Assembly: GCA_951406725.2 (NCBI GenBank)
Contig: OX597820.1
Coordinates: 25,792,001 to 25,856,000 of the forward strand
Source: Octopus vulgaris
Taxonomy: Eukaryota
Direction: 5' to 3'
Length of the DNA: 64,000 bases
Shown: positions 1-56,812 of the stretch, one piece after another
How the letters are laid out: each line of letters opens with the position of its first letter
Position numbering within the stretch: the first letter of the stretch is position 1
The notes under the pieces: model-generated
Told to the model about the DNA's origin: nothing
The model's database searches: none
What the model saw: the letters and a program-made list of their open reading frames with translations, nothing else
Made by a program: the position numbers and the translations under genes

Positions 1-644
1 CCCCAGCATGGCCACAGTCTAATGACTGAAACAAGTAAAAGGATAAAAGAACAAAAGAATGTCATTCATTAAATTTACCTTGACCCCTTCTGCAAGGAAC
101 TGCAATAGCCAAGTAGTTGTAACTTGAGTTTCTATTTCATCATTGGTGTTCTGACATATCCTGTGATGTACCCAGTGCAAGGATGCATCAAAAACTGCTA
201 TTCTGTTTTCATACCAGTAGAACCAATAGAAAAATATGTTATGGTTAATTATAACTATATCTGTATAATAAATATACTTTCTGCCTATACATAATTATAA
301 GATCAATATATTACTATCAGTGAATAATTAAAAATGCTGCTACTAACATTGCTATTTATTTAACACACGTTTTCTTCCATCTCATGAACATTGCACTATC
401 TTATTACTCACCTTGTTTTGTTGTATTCTATTCATTTGTTTATATGCCATCATCATTATTGCGCTTTCTCTCACACACACGCATATGTTTTGTGTAATTC
501 TTGATAAAAAATATTCAGCCTCACAGCATACTAAATCTGGCTTCATGTGAGATGTGATGAGAACACTGAAACAGTTTACATATGCTATGAGATCATACAT
601 TTTGAATAGAAGTGTGTGTGTTTGTAAAGATATATATACATATA

Positions 645-1369
645 TATAATACAAATAAGAAAATGGAGAAACAATTTAGTTGGTTCATCAGCTTTCGGAT
701 ATTAGAATGTTGACTTATTTATTCATTTACAAAAATGAGAACCTTAATAACATACACATATACATTATAATTCAATACATACAAGATAAGAATACAATTA
801 TAAAAATCATAATATAAATTATTGAAATCATTAAATCACTCCTTACAGCTGTTTCAGCCTATGGATAAAAGTAGTTTTTTTTCCAGTGCCTATAGTTGTC
901 AATTTTATTGAGGCTGTAGGCATTTAAAAATAGGGTACTTATATATAACCATAGGCCTCGTCAGAGATTATAAAGAATTTTTTAAATATTGATTATTATA
1001 TTTATCAATAATAACAATATTATTAGATTTAGAGTAATCTTCACTTCACAATACATATTATAGTAGATTCCAATATATCATATATTACGATACAATATAA
1101 ACAATTTTTTACGGTAGATTTAATTTTATAAATTTTTAATCCACAATCCATAGCTGATGAATGAACTAAATTGTTTCTCCATTTTCTTATTTGTATTATA
1201 AATTAATGGTAAAATATTTCTTTATCTTCACCCATTTAATACAATAAGTAAGTTAATTGCATTGCAATTAAAAACACTTGTGTATTAATAATTTGGGTAT
1301 TATACCAACAGTATATTGGATAAATATTATCCCTTATTGGGTTGGATCCATAACCCCTAACTTACTTGG

Positions 1370-1375
<6 letters not shown>
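645..1375. mobile_element. Penelope-like (PLE) pLTR-derived foldback insertion in TA repeats
   Basis: Inverted arms 645-700 and 1146-1200, internal hammerhead motif, one-sided extension to 1375, flanked by (TA)n. Confidence 0.6.
835..969 (-). ncRNA. Hammerhead ribozyme-like motif (minimal type I, long stem II)
   Basis: Minus strand reads tct-CTGACGA-ggcctatgg[about 85 nt hairpin]ccataggct-GAAA-cagctg-TA-agg: intact core boxes and palindromic stem III. Confidence 0.65.
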
Positions 1376-1411
<36 letters not shown>

Positions 1412-2733
1412 AAACATGCACATTAAATAATGATTATATATATATATATCATCATCATCATCAAACGGATGCTAAACGATGATGATGATGATGATGATAT
1501 ATATATAATCATTATTTAATGTACATGTTTCATGCTGGCATAGATTAGATGGTTTGACAGGATATGATGGGCCCAAGGTCTGCATCATGCTCTAGTGTCT
1601 GCTTTGGCATGGTTTTTATGGCTGGATGACCTTCCTAATGCCAACCACATTACACCGTGTATTGGCTGCGTTTTTCATTCCACCATCATTAGTAACACCA
1701 TTGTACTGTTTGTAAGACTATAAACTCTGAGGGAGCAGCTTTATGCTGAGATATGAGAGCCAAAAGATGGGTAAAAATAAGAGAAGGGGTCAGAGCAGAA
1801 AAGGTTTCTTTCTGTAAAAGAACTACAGAGCTACTTACATTTTAGAAGAGAGGACAGGTGTGATCAAATGGAGTCAAAGAGTGATGTGGTGGAGGTGACT
1901 GATAGTACTCAACAGCAGAATAATAATAATGATGAAACAGTAGACAGGAGAAGGATGAGAAGAATATTACTGGGTAGATTGTAGAATTGAGCAGGAAAGA
2001 GTACAGTATCTTACTTGTACATTCCATTTTCTTTTTTCTCCTTCGACATGATTTCTCTTGTTGGATGCCTTTCCTAATGCTATCAACTTTACAGAATGTA
2101 CTTGGTACATTTTATTATGGCACCAGTATAAGAGAAGTTGTCATAGCCTTGAGGCAACCAAAGAAATCTGCTGTATCCCACATTGTTTCCATTTGCATAC
2201 CAGCCACTTTACAGAATTTACTGAGTGCATTTGATCATAGCACCAACCTTAGAGGGCTTGTTTTGTCTCCCACAAGAAAAAGGAGTCCTCTCTAGTCTAC
2301 TTTGTTTCCATTATTTTCAAGGCAATTGTAAATGATGGCAAAAATAGAAGAGGAGCTATGGCCAAGTGTGTGAAAAAGCAACACATGGGGATATTAGTGT
2401 GACGGATAAAATAGAGTGATCAGATGATGGGAAAGGGAGCAGAGTAGGAGAGATAGTGACAGCTAAACATTGGGGTCACTCAAAGAAGGTCAAACAGTAA
2501 AACAGGATGGTAATATAGCATTGAAGATTTACCATAATTATTTCTAATTTAGAGACAAGGCTAACAATTTTGAGGGAAAGGAGTTAGTTGAATGCATTAG
2601 CCTGGTATTTGACTTGTAGTTTACTTTATCAACTTTGAAAATACAACAGGCAAAGGTGATGTTAGTGGGATTTGAACTTAGTTCATAAAGAGCTGTGATT
2701 AAACAATGCATGGCATTTTCTCTGGTGCCTTAA

Positions 2734-2954
2734 CCCTTTCGTTACCAACCTGGCTAAAACTGCCTCTGGCTCTGTTGTACAAATGTCTTGTTTTCATAAG
2801 TTTTGAATTAAAATCTTCCACCAAACTTTAGTCACAATTTATGTTCCTGACACTAGCTGAATGATAACTAAGTTATTTTACTAAATTCTTTGTTATATTT
2901 AAAGTAATTGAAAGAAACACAGAGCATCTCAAAATAAATTCAGTAACAAAAGGG
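2734..2954. mobile_element. piggyBac-type MITE family 1 (opposite orientation to the other copies)
   Basis: TTAA-ccctttcgttac...gtaacaaaaggg-TTAA; near-identical reverse complement of 7967-8186. Confidence 0.85.
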
Positions 2955-3199
2955 TTAATGATTTTTTTCTAATCCACTACCATAGCAACAGAGAGGGTGT
3001 AAGAATGGTAGATGTCAACTAAGGGTCACATGTCGGAGGTGGGAACAGAAAATGATGGTTAGTTGTAGAGAGTGCCAGAAATGAATGCTGAAGATGGCCA
3101 GTTCCAGTGTCATTCTTTGATGCATGGGTGTCATAATGAAAGTGAGAAGTAGAACAAGAAGGAAGATGGAGGGAGAGAAGGGAAATGATCCGGGTGATG

Positions 3200-4660
3200 A
3201 ATAACAGGTGGATGCTTAATGAATAGTAGATGGAAATTTATTCAGAATATACTGAACAAGAAACCTAGAGATAATATGTATTCCAAGCTCTGTTATCAGT
3301 GTAGTAACAACCATTTTGCTATGATTGCACCAATGATCATGTCCATTCTACCACCAGTATTTGCAGTTCTTTGCCATCTATTTTATGAGGTTCAGCTTCT
3401 TGGTGTCTGTCTTCACTACTTCATCTCTCTTCTTCCTAAAACATCCTTTTATACAACTGACATCCTCTTTACACATACACTACATGCCAGTTTTAAAGCA
3501 ATCTTCTCTCTGGTACATTTGGTTATTTTTACACCTAACTTTGCACATTCGGTGGAGCAGTCTCGCTTCATTTCTTCCCAGCTGTTGCAAATCTTTCACA
3601 TTCAAGGCCTACAATACATGCACCATTGCACTTTGTACACAAGCATCACATAATTTGCACTTTATTCTGAGAAACCCTTTGAGTTAATAACTTTTTACAT
3701 CCTGTTCTTTCTCTAGCCTCTGTGTTTTTGGTATGTCCACCTTCAGTCCTTCATAGCAAAAGAATTAACTTCTAGCTAATTCCCTAGTTTCCTCATTAAA
3801 GAGAGAGTATCAGTAGAACCATGTCTTGGCACAAATCCAAATTGCTAATTTTCTTCTAAGTTGTGCTGTATTTCATTCTGTGATGTTGATAACTTGGTTG
3901 AATAATTTTATACTTCTTTAGTTGTCTCTCTCCAGAACATCTCTTTTATCATTATATCAGTTTTAACGATGGTATTACTATGCCAATCATTAGGTATAAT
4001 ACCTTCCTGTATTACCTGATTTATTTGATTGAATAGTATGGGGTTCTACTTGACCAGATATCTTAAGTGTCTCAGTGACTGTTCCTGATGGACCAGCTGT
4101 TTTCTCTGCCTTCATATCCTTAATTGTGCTTTCACTTATACTGCTATTAACTTTAATGGCTGGTCTACTTGGGCCTATTCGGAGAAGGTTCTCCCTAGTG
4201 ATGCTCTACATTCAGCAGCACTTCATAAGGGCACTTTCATCATTCTTTTCAGTATTTGTAAGAGCAAGTGTGCCATTACTTGCTCTACTCTAAATTTCCT
4301 CTCTATTATACCTAGACTATCTCATTAGTACACTGTTTTGCAATCTTCTTGTCTTTATCCTCATATCAGAGAAAATGTGCAAGCTTCTTTCTTTCTGTTT
4401 TTCCCTTACATTGTATACCTGACACCAAGCTCCTCTTCTAGCTACTTAATATTGATCTATGTAGCTGCCTTTCCTCCAGTCCTTCCAAGCCTTTTACATA
4501 CTGTTTATGGCACTGTCTACTGTACAATTCCATGATCATGTTGCTTTCAGTTCAATTTATGGCTTTGCACCAGCCACAAATCTGATCAATAGCCTTCAGC
4601 AGGTTGTCTCATTGAAGCTACTAGTTGTCTTCTATGTAATCACTCTATCTTTTCCACATG
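3200..4660 (-). mobile_element. Heavily decayed RTE-clade LINE fragment
   Basis: Minus-strand remnants QFGFVPRHGS (about 3817-3846) and ...ACVQSAM...LGRNEAR (about 3562-3650). Confidence 0.65.
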
Positions 4661-4777
4661 GTTTCAGGTACAGTGCTACTGTATAGTATCTTGGCCAAGT
4701 TTACATAAGATATTGTGTGCTGAGTGGATTTGTTAGGCAAGAAGGTGAAAGGAGCTCATCATATATGTACATATATA

Positions 4778-5025
4778 ATAAAGTAATAAATGCGCCCTTT
4801 TAAAGCCTAGCCAGGCTCATGGGCCCGGTTTCAATGGCATATGTGTTCCCCAGCTGGACGGGACGCCAGTCCATCGCAGCATTACTCATTTTTGCCAGCT
4901 GAGTGGACTGGAGTAACATGAAATGAAGTGTTTTGCTCAAGAACACGTGTCGTCCGGTCCAGGAATCAAAACCACAATCTTATGATCATGATGCTGACAC
5001 CCTAACCACTAAGCCACGTGCCTCC
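4778..5025 (-). mobile_element. tRNA-derived SINE family C (Meta/V-like domain) with 17-bp TSD; relatives at about 22140-22430 and 34925-35300
   Basis: Head ggaggcacgtggcttagtggttagg, gcgatggactggcgtcccgtccag domain; TSD ATATATGTACATATATA at 4761-4777 and 5026-5042. Confidence 0.85.
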
Positions 5026-6099
5026 ATATATGTACATATATACATATATGTAATGTGAGTGTAAGTTTTTTTTCTTGTTTTGACATGGTGTAATAGTTAT
5101 AAATGAATGTCACTGTCATACAGGCAGTGTCTTTCATTTCCTATATTCTTTGAAAACAAATTTGGCCATAGGGAAATATTATTGGAAACAGAAGGAAGGT
5201 GACTAGAAGGGCACCACAATGCCATAGAAAATCTGCCTCATTAAAATTCCATTCAACCCATACAAGCACGGAAAAGTGGGTGTGAATGTGTTGGCAATGA
5301 TGTTATGATAAAATGCCATCCTTATTTTATGAACCATGTTCCGCTTGGTGATGCTGTCTCTCTTCAAATTATGCTGTCATTTTATTCACAACTTATTGTG
5401 TATTTATATGTAGATTAGTCCTTTAGCATTCAGATTATTCTGTCAAATATAATGCTTATTTATTTACATTGACTTTAATTAATTATGCATTATCTCGTAG
5501 CTTTGAGATTTCAGTGATGTGATTGTTCAGTTTTACTACATGTCATAGTAAAGCAGGTATAAGATGTTGGATCTAGCTAGTTTGAACACAAAAGAAGCAG
5601 AATGTTTTGTCTGATTATGGTCAGTTTAAATGCTAAAAGGTTAAACACTACATTTCATTTGAATTCTCACTTCATTTTGTGAATGGTTAGATGATATATG
5701 CAATCTTTCTAAGCCATATTTTCCACTGAAAGTAAAATATGTTTTATACCACTGGTGAGTGGTCACTGCAAACATATACAAAGTTTAGTGTAGAAATTGT
5801 AAGTAGTTTAGACATTTAGGTTGCTTATTTCAGTCTTAGTTACAAGATAGTTATGATGAACATGATGGCAAAGGCAAGATCTGTCATTTTCACAATGTCC
5901 CTTTCTGTGCCTCAAGTGCTACTCACGCAAAATAAAAGACTTTTAACTGCCAGTTGACAGGTACATGTACAATTACTTTGATTGAGATATCCTAAATGAA
6001 AGTTCTACAACTGAACCAAAGTACACCAATTTTCCTTTTGTTGTACGAGTATTATTTATGGAAGTCACTACTTCAAAACAGTCACATATTCAAAAATAT

Positions 6100-6545
6100 T
6101 TAAATCGAAATCAAATTCGATGACTGGCATCTGTGCTAGTGGAGCGCTAAGAGTACAATATGAGCATGATTGTTGCCAAAGCAACAAGCTGGCCTCCGTG
6201 CCAATGGCACGTAAAAAGCTCCATTCGAGCATGATCATTACCTGCATCGCCTTACTGGCACTTGTGCTGGTGGCACGTGAAAAAACATTCAAGCAAGGTC
6301 ATTGCCAGAGCTGCTGGACTGGCTCTTGTGCAGGTGGCACATAAAAAGCACCATTTGAGCATGGCTGCTGCTAGTACCACCTAACTGGCCCTCATGCCGG
6401 TGGCACATAAAAGCACCCACTACACTTTCAGAGTGGTTGGTGTTTAGGAAGAGCATCCAGCTGTAGAAACTCTGCCAGATCAGATTGGAGTCTGATAATC
6501 CAACCCATGCTAGCATGGAAAGCAGACATTAAACGATGATGATGT
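6100..6545 (+). mobile_element. RTE 3'-end derived repeat (also about 12205-12470 -, 19533-19700 +, 21445-21570 +, 61281-61595 +, 63065-63375 -)
   Basis: Shares gtggcacataaaagcacccactacact...ccaacccatgctagcatggaaagc...gatgatg with the 3' end of the LINE at 15630-16855. Confidence 0.8.
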
Positions 6546-7966
6546 TGATTTATGATGACTCATTCACCTCCACTTTTATTATAATCTTATATGGAAAAGA
6601 GCTATTAAAATATTGAAGTTGTAATTTTTGTAGACTATTAAACTCATCTTTAAATTTTTCTTCACATTTTCTGCATGGTACTATGTAAAAAGCACCCAGT
6701 GCTCTCTCTCTTTCTAAAGTGAATGGTAATATGAAGTGAATCTATCCATACAAACTATGCCAGAGCAAATATTAGGACTTGACTCAGTCCTCTGCTTCAC
6801 CAGTTTCTGTCAGACTGTCCAACCCATGCTAGCATAGAAAACAAACATGAAATGATAATGATTTACAATCACATTACTTTTCAGTCAGTCTGATCACTGA
6901 TTGTTTGTCAGATGTCCTATTCCTAGATACACACATAATAGCAGAGCATGATAACCTACATTTCTGAACTAAAGACAGTAATGATCTTTCTTGTTCACTA
7001 GACTCACTGATGCATGTATAATGAGTGGGGACTAGACTGATCAAAATGTCATGTGGATGTAATTGTTAAAAAATATTTTTTCCCTAAAGCTAAAGCTAAT
7101 AGTCCAAAGCATGTTAACAGCTCATACAATTAGATATTTAATTAAAATCTATTACTTTTGTCTAATCATTAATTCAAGACATACATAATCCATGTTTTGT
7201 TTTTCTGAGTAACACATCTTTCTCTGATAGTGGATATCTGACATTAAAACTATAAATGTTTTGTGATTGGCAACTAATTTCAAAGAGTCTTGTTCAAATT
7301 TTTCTTGCACAAATGTAAAATAAATAAATGATTTATATTTTCACTCCCTCACATTTTATACCAGTCGGTAACCCTTTTGTGACCATAATTTCTAAGGGAA
7401 TACATTACATACGTGTTTTTGATTAATTTTGAAAATAATCAAGATTTGGAAGTGTTTAGTAAAATAACTTTTCCTTATTAAGGTAATGTTTAGGGCAGTG
7501 AATTTGCAGACTTATTAGAACATCGGACTAAATGCTTTGCAGTATTTGTTTTGACGTTTCACATTCTGAATTCGTATCCTGATGAAGTAAACTTTGCCTT
7601 TCAACCCTGCAAGGTCAATTGAATAATGTATGAGTCAAGTAACTAGAGTTGATGATATTTGGCTAAAATCCTCCCTAAATTTCATGTCTTGTGCCTATAC
7701 TAGCAACAATTATTATGATGGTACTTGGAAGGCGATAATTTACATATGGACATTTTAAGAACAGCAGTCCTGTATCAAGGAACCAGTAGTTATATCCGGA
7801 AAATCAGTATCAAAAAGGTTAACTATACTAGTACCAACCTGCCTTAGATTGCTTCTGATTCTGCAATTACAAACAATACATTTTAAAGCATTGTTTATAT
7901 TAAAATCTTCTGTCATAATTTTACATAAGAATCTTTGGTTCAGTTATTCCTCAAATACCATCTTAA

Positions 7967-8186
7967 CCCTTTCATTACTGTATTTATTTTGAGATGCTCT
8001 GTGTTTCTTTCAATTACTTTAAATATAACAAAGAATTTAGTAAAATAACTTAGTTATCATTCAGCTAGTGTTAGGAACATAAATTGTGACTAAGGTTTGG
8101 TGGAAGATTTTAATTCAACACTTAAGAAAACAAGACATTTGTACTCAGAGCCAGAACCGGTTTCAGCTGGGTTGTTAACAAAAGGG
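7967..8186. mobile_element. piggyBac-type MITE family 1
   Basis: TTAA TSD and CCCTTT...AAAGGG terminal inverted repeats. Confidence 0.85.
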
Positions 8187-10398
8187 TTAATGATTCGAAT
8201 TTAGGCACAAGGTCAGCAGTTTTAGAGAAAGAGGCCTGTCGATTATGTTGACTCTAGTACTTGACTGGTGCTTTACTTTATTAACCTTGAAAAGTTGAAG
8301 GGCAAAGTTGACCTCTGCACTATTTGAACTCAGAGCATAAAACACCAGAAATACTACTAAGTATTTTGACTGATGTGCTAACAGTTCTGCAAAATGAAAA
8401 ACTCTTCAAAATTACCTGAAACACATAATCAGTGCATTTCATTAAAATTACAATCATTGAAGATCATTTTAATAAAGACTTTGACTCTCTGGTGTCTCTT
8501 TTACTGCCTATGTTTTGCTACAGTCAAATCTGAATCAACAATTTTTTTGTTTCAACTATTGCTCAAACAAGAAATTGTAGATTTATTTTTCTATCAAATT
8601 CATACATCAATGATATTTTATCATTGATGATTATGGTGAAAAAACTTGACAGTATTTGTTAATTTGATACTTTTTTCTACAGGATAACTAAATTATTTTT
8701 CTCCTTTCTTTCTCATTGTCTGATTTAACAAAATCTCTTTGTTGTTGAGTGATTTCAATGTTTCTTTTCTGTTTTTATTTTTTTCTATATTTTTTCAAAT
8801 TTAATTTATGCTAAAAGAAATGCAAATATTTGGAATTTTGTGAGTTTTAATTTTTCAATTTTTCTCTGATTTAACATTTGTTTCCAGTTTTTTTTCTTTA
8901 TATGTATGTTTTTTACAGTTTTTTTTTTAACCTGTCTTTTTCACTTGCTTCTAAAGACAAAATAGCTTATTAAATGCCCAGCTAATTTGCATTCAGATGA
9001 ACCAATTTTTTTCTTTTCTTTACAATTATATGTTATTTACACAATAACGGATTCTGTCATTAAGCATGGTACCTGTAATGTAGGTGGAGGGAGTTGTCTA
9101 CTCCAGGTGATGCTTTTATTAAGGCAACACTTTGGGGTCTAGTATATAGCCTGTATAGGCTTGGGGGCCTGGGGTGGGATGGGACAGCAAATTCAAGGTC
9201 TGTCTCCACTCTCTTACTACACACACTGCATGTAGGCTAACAGAGACAAGCAGGCTTATGTATCTTGCCCAATGGCACAATGACACAGAGCTTGAACCCA
9301 TGATAACATGAACAAAACTCTACAAATAACATCTGTAGTCATTATATATGCCTTACACCAGCCAATTGCTAATACTAATTATCCTTCAGTCAATGGCTCT
9401 AGGTGAAATACAATGGACTTTTCAATACTTTGACTGGTGTATTCAGGATTAACCTTGACATAGCAGATCAGCCCTGATTGAACAAACCTATGGCCAAAGA
9501 CATGCCAGTTATGACCATTCCCATTTTTTACTCTGAGGTAGAATAGATATGTAGCACCATGTTTTATTCTAAAATGGTAGGGTATGACTTGAAAGAAGTT
9601 TAGCTGTTATTTCTTGCAGGCTGAGCAATCTTACAGAAATACCTTCAGTGGCTTGACTACATGATATTATAGTAAATAGTACTACGCATATTAGACTGCT
9701 ATACAAATACATAAACATATAGCAGCATATATATATATATATGTATAGGCCAGTTTACAGGGTTACCCTGGGTTTCTTGCTCATAAAGCGTATCTTCAGA
9801 CACCAAACACTGCTGGCCTGAGACCTCTTTAAACTATGAAAGGGGAAATTCCTGTTTTTAAGTGTAAAACACTAGGTGATTGTCTCCCTTTGCCATTGTC
9901 CATCAATCTTCAGCCGCACTGCCATCTTGCGGTCACCAAAGCACCACAAAGATAAACGATTGTCTCCTTTCGACCTTGGCTATTGGTTTCTGGTTGTGGT
10001 GCCGCCATGCAGATTTCAAAAAGCCTGCAGAAATTTTCTAAAATGCAAAAATCTGTATATCTATATATAAATATAGTAGTTGCAGTTCCAGTGATGGCAA
10101 TATTATCACTTAACTATTATGAATATGTCAAACTAGTACTAGGAATGAGTTTGACAGTTATGGATTTCTGAAGATTTGAAAATGCAATTGGATTATAAAA
10201 TTCATATTATGTAACTAATATTCATTCCTTGTTAATGAAACGCGTGTAAGATGATGTAACTAAATAAACTCTCCTGTTTTCTTATATATGTACATGTGGG
10301 TGGGTGTTTGTATGGGTGGGTGTTTATACACACACTCACATACACACATCTACATACATATAGAATATGGTTTTAACTGTTTTATCTTTTTAACACAG

Positions 10399-54830
<44,432 letters not shown>

Positions 54831-54847
54831 ACTTTATAAGAAATATT

Positions 54848-54880
<33 letters not shown>

Positions 54881-55683
54881 ACAAAACAAAAACTGATTTA
54901 TTGTTATTTTTATTATTATTATTACTGTTATTATTATTGAGTTTGTGTCAAATTGGAAAGAATATTATTATTATTATTATTTATTTCTTGATGTGAGATG
55001 AAATTTTGTTCTTTTTTTTTTAAAAAAAAAATTATTATTTTTGTTTCCTTAATTTTGTTTTAAGGAATAAAGAAAGGTAACCTGTTAATCCATGAATATA
55101 ATTTAGGCAGCGCCTCAGCATGGCTGCAGTCGACTGACTGAAACCAGCAGAAGGTTATAATAACCTGAACACAAGACTATAATTTCTTTATGCATGTGTA
55201 AGGATGTATAAATCATGAAAAGCACAATTTGATATATATTAGTAGCAAAGACATCTATTTTATATACACTTATAAATCTGGTGCAGTTTGAAGTCTTGCA
55301 GACCTGCGTGATTTTTTTGTTGTTGTTATTGTTTTATTTTATTTATTTATTAATTATTTTTTTTTTTTTTCAATTGAAAAATCCTCCACATAAATATAGA
55401 TATCATGTTTGTCAGATCTGATAAAATGTTTAGTTAAATTCACACACACGTACATGCACATCTATACTCATACATATTTATACATGCATACACACACACA
55501 CACACACATATATATAATAATATAGACACACCACACACACACATGCATATTTTAAAGTGAGTTTAAGTGTAAGAATAGAACATTTACTGATGATGGGAAA
55601 AGAGTTGATACCAAGAACAGAGTTAAGTTTATTGTAACAGTTGTTTTGACTGAGCCATAAAGCCCCAGTCAGAAAATGAAGTA

Positions 55684-55920
55684 AGGCGGCAAGCTGGCCG
55701 AAAGGTTAGCACGCTGGGCGAAATGCTTAGAGGTATTTCGTCTGCCACTACATTCTGAGTTCAAATTCCGCCGAGGTCGACTTTGCCTTTCATCCTTTCA
55801 GGATCGATAAATTAAGTACCAGTTATGCACTGTGGTCGATATAATCGACTTAATCCGTTTGTCTGTCTTTGTTTGTCCCCTCTGTGTTTAGCCCCTTGTG
55901 GGCAATAGAGAAACAAGAAA
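55684..55920 (+). mobile_element. tRNA-derived SINE family B with Nin/Deu-like central domain (many copies, e.g. 21043-21277, 40652-40870, 50276-50520)
   Basis: ggcggcaagctggc...gagttcaaattccgccgaggtcgactttgcctttcatcctttc..gataaattaagtaccag; about 20 copies on both strands. Confidence 0.9.
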
Positions 55921-56604
55921 ATGAATTTTTTCATTGAATGCATGTGTGTGTGTGTGGGGGGTGTATGTGTATGTATGTGCATGTATACGTAAGGCTATTG
56001 TTTATTTTGTTGAAGACTAAAAAGCACTCAAGAGAACCTACCTTGTGTTAGAATTGTGACTTCAACAATTATGTAATCATTTTAAAAAGCAGTGATTACA
56101 GTTTACAGCCTTTAAAAGTCATTTCTTCTCAGTCCACCTATGTGCGGTCATTTGCAGGTGATCAACCAATAAACCAATTGAATGTAGCTGCATTTTGAAA
56201 CCACTTCCTTCAATACTGCACCCTGACTCTCAAGGGCATCTTGTCTTGCAAGATATTTGGCGACATCACTAGTGCTGGTGCCATAAAAAAAGGCATCCAA
56301 CATGCTGTATTGACATTAGAAAGGGCATCCAGCTTTAGAAACAATGCTCAAATTGAGAGACTGGAGTAAAGAAATGTTGTGCTCTGACTCACTGGATCCT
56401 GTTCAACCATCCTAAACATTGCATTTGTTAGCTTGGAAAGTGGACATGAAATGCTGATGTTGTTATTAATGATGATGATAGTTGGCAGAAAAGTTAGTAA
56501 AATGGTTATAAGGTCCGAAGCTTTGTGCAGGGCATTTTCAGAAGTTTGATTTGTGTCAATGCACAACAGACTCGGCCTTTGAGTCACTTTTGTAAGTTTT
56601 CTGT

Positions 56605-56641
56605 CATATATACACATGTATATACATACATATATATATAC

Positions 56642-56685
<44 letters not shown>

Positions 56686-56812
56686 TTATACATACATCAT
56701 ACATACATATATATACATACATATATACATACACGCATACATATACATACACACATACATATATACACACACGCATACATATATACACACATACATACAA
56801 ATATATATATAC
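56605..56812 (+). repeat. (TA/CA) low-complexity tract downstream of the PHKA stop
   Basis: Mixed TATA/TACA repeats. Confidence 0.9.

Noticed and set aside
3219-3687. 144-aa and 108-aa + strand ORFs
   Set aside because: Antisense to a decayed RTE LINE; no protein-like motifs.
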